From a virus (taxonomy: Duplodnaviria; Caudoviricetes), in IMG/VR virus record IMGVR_UViG_3300043391_000853, positions 85,818-149,817 of that record: a stretch of 64,000 nucleotides of DNA. One strand, written 5' to 3'. Shown in pieces: positions 56,991 through 64,000 of the stretch. The notes below the pieces were generated by a model. It did no database searches and was not told the DNA's origin. It saw only the letters and a list, made by a program, of their open reading frames with translations. Within the stretch, counting starts at the first letter, position 1. Each line of letters begins with the position of its first letter. The position numbers were made by a program, and so were the translations under genes.

Positions 56991-57932
56991 TTAGCCTCCC
57001 ATAGGGGCAGAGTATATACCTCCTCCGCCCATCATTCCTTGTTGGGCTTCCTGTGCTTGTTGCTGCTGTTCCTGTGTCTGCTTTTGTTGTTCGGACTCGG
57101 CTTTTGCTTTGGTCTGATCCATCTTTTGCTTATGCGTGTCTGCAAGCTGTTTGACCTTGAGTAGTGAGGCGGTAGCTGATCCTTTACCTATAAGATCTAA
57201 CAACTCTCTAACAGACAATGTCACCTTGACGTTATCTAGTTCGTTTTTGGCTTCTATAGCTGAAGCCTCTGCTTGCTGGGCGTCTTCGGCTGCCGGATCT
57301 TGTGGAGGGGTAGGCATTTCTTCTTGTCCTCCTAGCGCACCTAATCCTTGCTGCTGTGCAGCGGCGTACAGATCTTCGTCTGCTGCCTGGGCTTCCATTC
57401 CAGGTGGTTGTTGCGGTCCTCCCATACCCTGTTGGCCTCCCATGCTTTGTTGTAGCTCCTGTAACAGCTCGGACAGATGTTGCTCTCTCTGCTCTGTGGG
57501 CATGTTTTGTAATTTCGCTAGAATTGGAGCAATCTGTTGCTGAGCCTCAGGAGGCATCTGTTGTACAGCTGCCATTATTTCAGCCAGCAGTCCGTCGCTT
57601 GCGTCCCCTTGCCCTTGCTGTGGAGGCGCTCCTTGCGGCGGGGCTTGCTGTTGTGCAGCTTGAGGATCCTGGGGCGGCGCTCCTTGAGGAGGTGCCTGCT
57701 GTGGAGGGGCTCCTTGAGGAGGTGCTTGCTGTTGTGCAGCCTGGGGATCCTGTGGAGGAGGTGCTTGTTGCTGTTGTGCAGCTTGTGGATCCTGGGGAGG
57801 CGCTCCTTGCGGCGGGGCTTGCTGTTGAGCAACTGCAGGGTTAGGAACAAATGCACGCTTTTCTTTGGCTGTTTTGTTCAGGCCTCTGTTTGTTATTTTG
57901 TCGTAGTCTGCAAGCAAGTCAGCGATTTTCAT
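56991..57932 (-). CDS. Gln/Pro-rich low-complexity protein with N-terminal KxA cluster
   Basis: MKIAD...NKTAKEKRAF followed by QQAPPQGAPPQDPQAA repeats. Confidence 0.7.
   Translation of the reverse strand: MKIADLLADYDKITNRGLNKTAKEKRAFVPNPAVAQQQAPPQGAPPQDPQAAQQQQAPPPQDPQAAQQQAPPQGAPPQQAPPQGAPPQDPQAAQQQAPPQGAPPQQGQGDASDGLLAEIMAAVQQMPPEAQQQIAPILAKLQNMPTEQREQHLSELLQELQQSMGGQQGMGGPQQPPGMEAQAADEDLYAAAQQQGLGALGGQEEMPTPPQDPAAEDAQQAEASAIEAKNELDNVKVTLSVRELLDLIGKGSATASLLKVKQLADTHKQKMDQTKAKAESEQQKQTQEQQQQAQEAQQGMMGGGGIYSAPMGG
57615..57830. repeat. Coding tandem repeats (QQAPPQGAPPQDPQAA)
   Basis: Recurrent ggatcctgggg, gctccttg and gcttgctgttgtgcagc units. Confidence 0.85.
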
Positions 57933-58135
57933 GTGGCGTTTTCCAGTTCTATTATTTTAAAAATATTTGCTTCTAGTTCTTTTTTAATCTCCGGCAATCT
58001 GCCTTGCTGAGAGGTTTTGCTTAATTCATGCAGGCCTTTTTCTAATTGGAGTATTTCATGCAAATATGTACGCATCTCAGCAATTTTTTCATCCTCGCTG
58101 AGATGTGTCCATATATTTTCATCAAGCATAACCAA
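57929..58135 (-). CDS. Small helical hypothetical protein
   Basis: About 66-68 aa; ATGA overlap with the next gene. Confidence 0.55.
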   Translation of the reverse strand: MVMLDENIWTHLSEDEKIAEMRTYLHEILQLEKGLHELSKTSQQGRLPEIKKELEANIFKIIELENAT

Positions 58136-58194
58136 AAAAAGGGTAGAGATAAAGACTATTGTTGCGTGTGTTGGCGATGCGCTGCAACTTACAG

Positions 58195-61188
58195 TTATAC
58201 GTCTACTCGGTCTCCGACCGCAAGCTTTCCCGATAAAAAATCTTTGACTACTTCTTGAGCAGAAGAATACTTGATAGGTTTATTTTTATTGTCTTCAAAG
58301 CTGGCCGCGAACAGTCCCGTGGCTGCCTCGTTAGATGGAGTGAATATCGGGCTAAACGTCCTGTGGTAAATTAAGTTTTTACTCGGGAGCAGTTTTTCCT
58401 TCACTTCTTCTTTGGCTTCGTCGGAAGCAGGAAGCTGTACATTCAATTGGTCTCCGTCGTTATCTGCGCCGTAACCCTTGAAAACTAGGGGGTTCATTTT
58501 GATAGAGAAGTCCTTGGGATCAGGATTCATCTTTAAATACATCCCCTGAAAGTTGTACTTGGATAACTGCGGATCTCTAGTGACGATACCTGGGCGATCG
58601 GCCATCTCTTCATTTAGGGCCGTAAGAGCTAGTGGATGCTTGTGTTCAAGGTACTCCTTGGCTTTTGTTGCAGGTACACCCTGACGTACAAGTCTCCGTA
58701 CTATGAACGGTGAAAAAATACTCCAGGCTACCTGTTGAGGTATACTGGACTCATTTAGACCTAGTTGAGAGTCAGGCAGCAGCACAGCTCTTCCGACGAG
58801 GTCGATAGGTTTGTTGACCACCTTTGCCTGAAACATTGACTCTTTCGCTGATCCTCCTTGAAGTCCTAGAGCTGATGCCAGAAGTCCCTTGTATCCCTTC
58901 TCTACACTCTTCTGTGCCACAGGTTCGCCGAGACCATAAACAGCCTTAACACCATTATATATCTGTTTTCTGGCGGTGTTAAGAAGCTCCGGGTCCATGT
59001 CTTTGGAATCCTTTGCCTCTCCATAAGACTTATTAACCAGCATTAAATCTTTGTATAATTCGTTAACGTCAGCCGTGAGGGCCTGGTCTCCCTGGATCAT
59101 CACCGGCCTGTACTGTGCCGGAATAATTGGAACTTTAGATAAAAGCATGTCCTCAGGCTTTAGCCCGTTATGCTTTAGCATGGTTAGAAAGCTTAGGGCT
59201 TTAATTGCGTCATCCCTACCAGTCTTTCTTTTTGATTTTGCTGTGGCTGTAAGCTCTGCAATCTTTTTATCTAGATCAATATTTTTTAATTCTTTCTCAA
59301 GCCTTCCTGAAGCTATCGCCTCCTCATAAGCGACTTTTGTCATCTTTAAAAGCTTCCTTAAATGATCTTCAGCCATCGGATTGGCTATTCTGTGATGTAA
59401 GGCTATATGGTTGAAACTGTCACCGTGTATTCCTACAAGGGTAGGGTCAAATAGACCTCCGTCCTCTGCAATGATCTCATCCTTCTTTAATTTGTATGTG
59501 AGAGGTTCTTTAATCTCGCCATTGGACATGGCTACAACATCTTTGTCTGTCTGGGGCAGTACATGGAATTTTGAGCCTTCCTGTACAACATTAACTCCGG
59601 AGCCTTTAAGATGACCTATGAACTTATCAAAAATAAATGGTACCTTTGGTGTGGGGGGTGTGTGTCCTAATTTTACAGCTGTCCAGTATTCGTCATTCTT
59701 TGTTGCCCTGATCGTGGCTATATCTCTCAGTACGGCCTTGGCGTCATTTGACAAGGCTACCGTGGTAGCAAGATTCCCTATCCTTTTAGCTTTTTCGTGC
59801 GAGCCTGCCTTGGACGGCTGCATATTAATATCGTAGGATGTTGCAGCTGATCTGGCGGATATTTTGTCTTCGGCAATGTGGTGCAGTCTGTTGAAGTAGA
59901 GCGGGCCTGTAAGCACGTCAATGTGCCTGCCTGAAGTCGGATCGTACAGCTTCTCGGTTTCACTAACTCCATGTTTTTCTAGCACGTCGATCACCTTTTG
60001 AATAGATGAGCCTTCTGTGAAGGCTGTGCTGTGTATGGTTGTACCTAGCTTTTCAGCGAGCTTGCCTAGACCTATGGTACTGACCATGCCAGGGGCTACA
60101 CGAGATGTAATACTCATAGTATTGAGAAGTACATCTACAGGTTTACCGGAAGCGTCTTGAGGCATCTGTGTGTCTGGAACTATACGCACAACTCCCTTTG
60201 CACCGAAGGGCATATTGAGCTTATCTGCATTACTCATAGGTCTGCGCGTTTTGATCGTTACCGCAAGCATCTTGCCTCCTGCGGATACGTCTGTAACTTC
60301 GCCGTCGTACTCATACTCCCATGGAACGGATATGTCGGTATAGGCGTTACGGATGACCTTCGCCAGCTTGCCTAGCTGAATATCTAGAGACTTTAATGTT
60401 TTTGGCTGCATCGCCAGTATCACAGGATCGCCATGCTTGAGTATCGTGCCTTTCTTGACTACCCCGTTGCTGGAGATGTTGCCGAGTTGGTCGTTGTAGT
60501 ACTTGTTAGGGAACAGTGAGATAAACTTATCCTTGTCGGTCTCTACGCCTCTGCCTGTCTCCATACGTACAGGAATGATCTGCTCTCCTTCAAGCTTCTT
60601 GGCTGCCGTCTCGGAAATGACTAGAGCATCTTCAAAGTTCAGAGAACGATAGGGCATGATGGCTGTCTTGAGATTCATTCCCAAGGCCAATGTACCTTCA
60701 GAGTCTGAGTGATTCGAAGTGGCCAGTAGCCCTCCTTCCTTCACTTTGTCTCCGACCTTTACAGTAGACGTATGGTGCAAGAAGCTGTCTCGACCTATGA
60801 TGTAATTATTATATTTGTCGTGAAGATGGTCGTTACCTTCCTTGTCCTTGATAGTGATGTGGTCTTCGCTGATACCAGAGACTGTCCCGGCTAGTCTGGA
60901 GTTTACAGTAACAAGCTTGCCGAATTGTTGATTAAAGCTTTCTTTTGCTCCTTTGGCTGCCGCCTGGATCAATGGAGCTTCTCTATTTACAAGGGTCATT
61001 GCCTGGAGTGAGGCCTTGTCTCCGATAAGTACACGGGCACCTGACACAGAACTGAGGTTAGGTATGAGGTTGGTGACAGGGCTGAAAAACTGGGAAGGAT
61101 CCAGGATGGTATACTTGGCCTTTAGCGAGCTCGGTACCTTTTTAAGCTTTCCTTCAACAAGTGCGAACTTTTGTTTATTTATCGACAT
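58195..61188 (-). CDS. rpoBC: Phage multisubunit RNA polymerase: beta C-terminal half fused to beta' N-terminal half
   Basis: Beta motifs NLIP, LALGMN...NFEDA, ADK...GAKGVV, VDVLLN...SR, LHHIAEDKISAR; then beta' motifs SNGEIKEP, GGLFD, PIIPAQYRP, GRAV, TRDPQL, GADNDGDQ. Confidence 0.93.
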   Translation of the reverse strand: MSINKQKFALVEGKLKKVPSSLKAKYTILDPSQFFSPVTNLIPNLSSVSGARVLIGDKASLQAMTLVNREAPLIQAAAKGAKESFNQQFGKLVTVNSRLAGTVSGISEDHITIKDKEGNDHLHDKYNNYIIGRDSFLHHTSTVKVGDKVKEGGLLATSNHSDSEGTLALGMNLKTAIMPYRSLNFEDALVISETAAKKLEGEQIIPVRMETGRGVETDKDKFISLFPNKYYNDQLGNISSNGVVKKGTILKHGDPVILAMQPKTLKSLDIQLGKLAKVIRNAYTDISVPWEYEYDGEVTDVSAGGKMLAVTIKTRRPMSNADKLNMPFGAKGVVRIVPDTQMPQDASGKPVDVLLNTMSITSRVAPGMVSTIGLGKLAEKLGTTIHSTAFTEGSSIQKVIDVLEKHGVSETEKLYDPTSGRHIDVLTGPLYFNRLHHIAEDKISARSAATSYDINMQPSKAGSHEKAKRIGNLATTVALSNDAKAVLRDIATIRATKNDEYWTAVKLGHTPPTPKVPFIFDKFIGHLKGSGVNVVQEGSKFHVLPQTDKDVVAMSNGEIKEPLTYKLKKDEIIAEDGGLFDPTLVGIHGDSFNHIALHHRIANPMAEDHLRKLLKMTKVAYEEAIASGRLEKELKNIDLDKKIAELTATAKSKRKTGRDDAIKALSFLTMLKHNGLKPEDMLLSKVPIIPAQYRPVMIQGDQALTADVNELYKDLMLVNKSYGEAKDSKDMDPELLNTARKQIYNGVKAVYGLGEPVAQKSVEKGYKGLLASALGLQGGSAKESMFQAKVVNKPIDLVGRAVLLPDSQLGLNESSIPQQVAWSIFSPFIVRRLVRQGVPATKAKEYLEHKHPLALTALNEEMADRPGIVTRDPQLSKYNFQGMYLKMNPDPKDFSIKMNPLVFKGYGADNDGDQLNVQLPASDEAKEEVKEKLLPSKNLIYHRTFSPIFTPSNEAATGLFAASFEDNKNKPIKYSSAQEVVKDFLSGKLAVGDRVDV

Positions 61189-61194
61189 ATACAG

Positions 61195-61223
61195 ATGCTA
61201 CATTACACAGGTTAAAATATCAA
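61195..61223 (-). promoter_or_regulatory. Sigma70-like promoter of the RNAP gene, probably leaderless
   Basis: TTGATA-N17-TAGCAT; ATG 6 nt after the -10. Confidence 0.6.
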
Positions 61224-61237
61224 TAGTATGAAAAGGT

Positions 61238-61549
61238 TTAGGTGTCTATAGAGTCTTTCTGCTGCAGCTCATCGCTAAAACGTAGTCCGCACCTCCATAG
61301 CACCTCCGCCATATCATCCGAGATCTCGTCAACTATCTCGTTTTGAATTTCCCATATAGCGCAATGTATCAGTTCGTCGATGAGGGTAGCCAGCAACTTC
61401 TTGCCACTCTCTCTAGAATCTATATAAACTGTTTTATTCTTGGTTTTGGGATGGTCGCACAACCCTCTAACCGATCTCAGTTTCTTGACGCTGAAGTTGT
61501 ACCTACGGCCTCTCATTTTAATTGTTTTTATTTTCTCTATAGGTCTCAT
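61238..61549 (-). CDS. Small zincin-like (SprT/ImmA-type) protein with DExxH in place of HExxH
   Basis: GLCDHP...VYID...LLATLIDELIHC. Start moved to ATG 61549 because the TTG at 61585 is the -35 box. Confidence 0.55.
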   Translation of the reverse strand: MRPIEKIKTIKMRGRRYNFSVKKLRSVRGLCDHPKTKNKTVYIDSRESGKKLLATLIDELIHCAIWEIQNEIVDEISDDMAEVLWRCGLRFSDELQQKDSIDT

Positions 61550-61556
61550 AGCTACA

Positions 61557-61585
61557 AGTGTAGCAGATCTACAGGCTGTAATCAA
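61557..61585 (-). promoter_or_regulatory. Sigma70-like promoter, probably leaderless
   Basis: TTGATT-N17-TACACT with TG extension; ATG 7 nt downstream. Confidence 0.6.
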
Positions 61586-61709
61586 CCCCGCCCACGGATG
61601 AGGGTACCCAACCCCAGGTAATTAATTCGATAGATAGAGAATATACCCCCCTATTGAATGCTAACGTACATACGACTCATAGGTCAGCATACATAGACAC
61701 CTAGAGCAC

Positions 61710-62972
61710 ATGATCTCCCCTCTAACCCTACTAAACGACTACGAAGAAAACGAAGCTGAGCGGCTGGAAGCCTACAGGCACCAAGTGGCCAGTATCTTTG
61801 AAGACAAGGAGGACGAGTTCGATTGCAGATTCGAGCGTAGCTTAAACATACCTAAACCATCTGAGGCTGCTGTAGACAAATTCAGAGAAACCCACTTCCT
61901 CCTGTCCTCTTTCGGCTCGCTAGAGCGTAGAGCTGAAGGAGTGCAACATAAAGGAGACATCAACTGGTGCAGCATAGACGACTACATAGACAACTGGCAT
62001 CTGCTCTCTAAAGAAGATCAGTTGAGTCTTCGCTCTCTCTGCCTATCTGACCTAAAAGGTAACGCCAACCGGTATGGTGTAAAAAAGCTAAACCTAGAAT
62101 CTCACCTACTACTACACATAGGCTGTGATACTACAAACATCGTCAACAACGGTAGAGATGCTGTAGCCAGCAACTTGAGAAATCCTAAAACCAGAGACTA
62201 TTCAAAGTTCTGCCTTGAGGATCGCACTGTAGATCCCAGAACCTGTCGCAGGGTCTATTCAAAATTCCACAAAGACCACGATCTAGGTCTATTGTTCAAA
62301 TCTGGCTTTGTCTGCTATCAAGCTGTGGTGGTTGCTGACGAGTCCTACAAGACTCTAGGATCATCTCCAGAAGAGGCAAAAGAGCGTATCCACAAGTTCT
62401 TCAAAGAAAACAGTACGGAGTTCAGCCGCTTGAGCAACAAAAAGAAAAAGATCTATTCCTATCTCTACAGCAACGAAATCAGCGTAGACTCTATTCTATC
62501 TGGGAAGTACCGTCCTCATACTCACATCATCTTCTTTCTTCCCAAAGCTATGCTTGTGTCTGAGCAGCAGGAGAGTGTCGAGAGACTGGAGGAAAGGTTC
62601 AACTCTCGCTTCTCTGATAGGGTCATGCGTGTGCAAAGAAGCGAATACGACAGCAGGATGCTTCCTACCATGGTGGACTCTTTCGAAGACATAGCAAACA
62701 GCGTGAACTATCTCTTCAGGGCCTACAGCCTGTCAGATCAATATATCCGGGAGGCTAGATCCACAAACATACGCGAGCTCAACAAGGCTACTGTAGAATG
62801 CTACAGAAATCTCATATGGCTGTTCAAACCCACAGAAAAAGGAGAGGGCATTCACCATTCAAGACACAGTCGTATTCCCAAGACTGGTCAAGGGGATAAC
62901 TACATACATCCGCTATTGCAAAAGAATAAAAAAAGATCTACAATGAAAAAGACTAGCTGTATTCAATCTTAA
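61710..62972 (+). CDS. HUH-superfamily, rolling-circle Rep-like protein
   Basis: YLYSNEISV...YRPHTHIIFF resembles Rep_1 motif II; VNYLFRA is a candidate catalytic-Tyr motif III. Confidence 0.6.
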   Translation: MISPLTLLNDYEENEAERLEAYRHQVASIFEDKEDEFDCRFERSLNIPKPSEAAVDKFRETHFLLSSFGSLERRAEGVQHKGDINWCSIDDYIDNWHLLSKEDQLSLRSLCLSDLKGNANRYGVKKLNLESHLLLHIGCDTTNIVNNGRDAVASNLRNPKTRDYSKFCLEDRTVDPRTCRRVYSKFHKDHDLGLLFKSGFVCYQAVVVADESYKTLGSSPEEAKERIHKFFKENSTEFSRLSNKKKKIYSYLYSNEISVDSILSGKYRPHTHIIFFLPKAMLVSEQQESVERLEERFNSRFSDRVMRVQRSEYDSRMLPTMVDSFEDIANSVNYLFRAYSLSDQYIREARSTNIRELNKATVECYRNLIWLFKPTEKGEGIHHSRHSRIPKTGQGDNYIHPLLQKNKKRSTMKKTSCIQS

Positions 62973-62976
62973 AGAT

Positions 62977-64000
62977 ATGCCAAAACGTATGGTTCAGAAC
63001 AATCAAGTGGAAGAAATCCTGGAGAGCCTTCAAAAAAAGGCCATCTTCGGCATGAAGAGAAGAGCTGCAGCCCGGAACGCTGACCCTGAAGGTGTACAGC
63101 AAGAGATGGCTGCCATGCGGGCCAGAGGCATGAACCCTCAGCAAATGAACCAAGAGTTCGAGCAGAGGCATCTTCAACGCGAAGAGGAGAGAAAAACCTT
63201 CGATCGGGACATGAGCAACATGCAGGCTCAGAGGAACAATCCACTCTATTCAATGAGTCCTCAGGGGAGAAATGCTGCACTAGGTCGGTCGGTAGATCAA
63301 CAGCTCCTGCAGGAGAAGGTAGACGCTCAAAATCAACAGGTACAAAACATACAAAAGGAACGAGCTCTTGCACAGCAGATGAGAGCTCAGGGAAACAACT
63401 CCTTTGCCAATACAGTAGACCGAAACATGGGCGTCTCTAACGAGCAGATTGGTAGACAGCAGCCTCAAAGCCAACAGCAGGTCGCACAAGCAACCAACCA
63501 GCGTACACAGGACTACAACCAGGCGAAGGCTGACCTGGTGAAGATGAATCCTAATCTTGGTGTTGCAGGTCATGAAGATAACACCAAGTTCATAGCCAGT
63601 CTCAAATCCACTTACGGCGACAACTATCGAGAGCATCTTCAGCAAAATCCTCAGCAGCTGATGCAGCACTATACTTCGATGCAGCCTCAGGCTAATCCTC
63701 AGCAGACTGCATCGAATAATCCACCGGCAGCAGCACCAACGACTGCTCCAGGTCAACCTGTGGCGGCAACAAATCTTCCCCAGCCTGCACCTCAACCACA
63801 GAATCCTCTACTTAACGGACCTGCAACAAACAACACATTCGCAGGCAAAACATCTCTTAGTTTAGGTGGTTCTACTCCAACCCCAACACCTACTCCGCCT
63901 CCAGCTCCTGGGGCTGCGCCAGCTCAACCTACAGCACAAACGGGAGCTCCTGGAGAAAAGAAAGCTTCTCTCTTAAAAACCTCAGAAGAGGTGTATCTCA
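62977..64000 (+). CDS. Partial Gln/Pro-rich protein with KxA motifs (runs off right edge; missing from ORF track)
   Basis: Manual translation MPKRMVQNNQVEEILESLQKKAIFG...APGEKKASLLKTSEEVYL, open to the window end. Confidence 0.75.
   Translation, partial: MPKRMVQNNQVEEILESLQKKAIFGMKRRAAARNADPEGVQQEMAAMRARGMNPQQMNQEFEQRHLQREEERKTFDRDMSNMQAQRNNPLYSMSPQGRNAALGRSVDQQLLQEKVDAQNQQVQNIQKERALAQQMRAQGNNSFANTVDRNMGVSNEQIGRQQPQSQQQVAQATNQRTQDYNQAKADLVKMNPNLGVAGHEDNTKFIASLKSTYGDNYREHLQQNPQQLMQHYTSMQPQANPQQTASNNPPAAAPTTAPGQPVAATNLPQPAPQPQNPLLNGPATNNTFAGKTSLSLGGSTPTPTPTPPPAPGAAPAQPTAQTGAPGEKKASLLKTSEEVYL

Noticed and set aside
47384-57830. CRISPR array or diversity-generating retroelement repeats
   Set aside because: Repeats are in-frame coding repeats without unique spacers; no evident adenine-specific mismatch pattern; no cas or reverse transcriptase gene seen.
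56578-58194. Intron or intein splitting beta'
   Set aside because: The interval is filled by ordinary coupled ORFs; no homing endonuclease, splicing motifs or intron-like structure seen.
54727-61188. Cellular rpoBC locus or bacterial chromosome
   Set aside because: Highly divergent, fused and split unusually, no ribosomal protein neighbours, surrounded by phage head genes.
612-61975. The many short ORFs nested in or antisense to long genes
   Set aside because: Fully overlap well-supported genes and translate to antisense-type sequence.
62969-63795. Minus-strand ORFs 62969..63373 and 63280..63795
   Set aside because: Shadows of the open plus-strand Q/P-rich frame starting at 62977.
1-64000. 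Stop-codon reassignment
   Set aside because: Long genes are intact in the standard code; TAG ends several genes (12085, 17895, 32452, 40493, 41042) right next to the following gene.

Overview
The window is the virion morphogenesis region of a large contractile-tailed (myovirus-type, probably jumbo) phage. Nearly all genes from 1 to 61.5 kb are on the minus strand and tightly packed. In transcription order (right to left): a divergent multisubunit RNA polymerase (beta C-half fused to beta' N-half, plus a separate beta' C-half), about 15 probable head-internal proteins, an Ig-repeat protein, prohead protease, scaffold, capsid decoration protein, major capsid protein, neck, tail sheath, tube, spike, a frameshifted tail chaperone pair, tape measure, hub, a sigma70-family factor inside the baseplate genes, baseplate wedge, and five paralogous fibre/adaptor genes including a 3063-aa Ig/FN3 protein. 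After a strand switch at about 61.6 kb come an HUH/Rep-like gene and a Gln/Pro-rich ORF that runs off the window. Best candidates for new biology: (1) a head-cargo system in which head-module proteins are rich in K-x-A motifs (putative protease sites), several share a short [YFL]xxG[FIM]xKxAxExG module, and several carry glycine-zipper segments; (2) a rearranged RNAP with catalytic loop GADNDGD, changed ribose-contacting residues and no clamp zinc ribbon; (3) ten TTG-N17-TAnnnT-type promoters, some leaderless. No portal, terminase, tRNA, rRNA or CRISPR was recognised. All calls come from reading motifs by eye and from gene order; no database searches were run.
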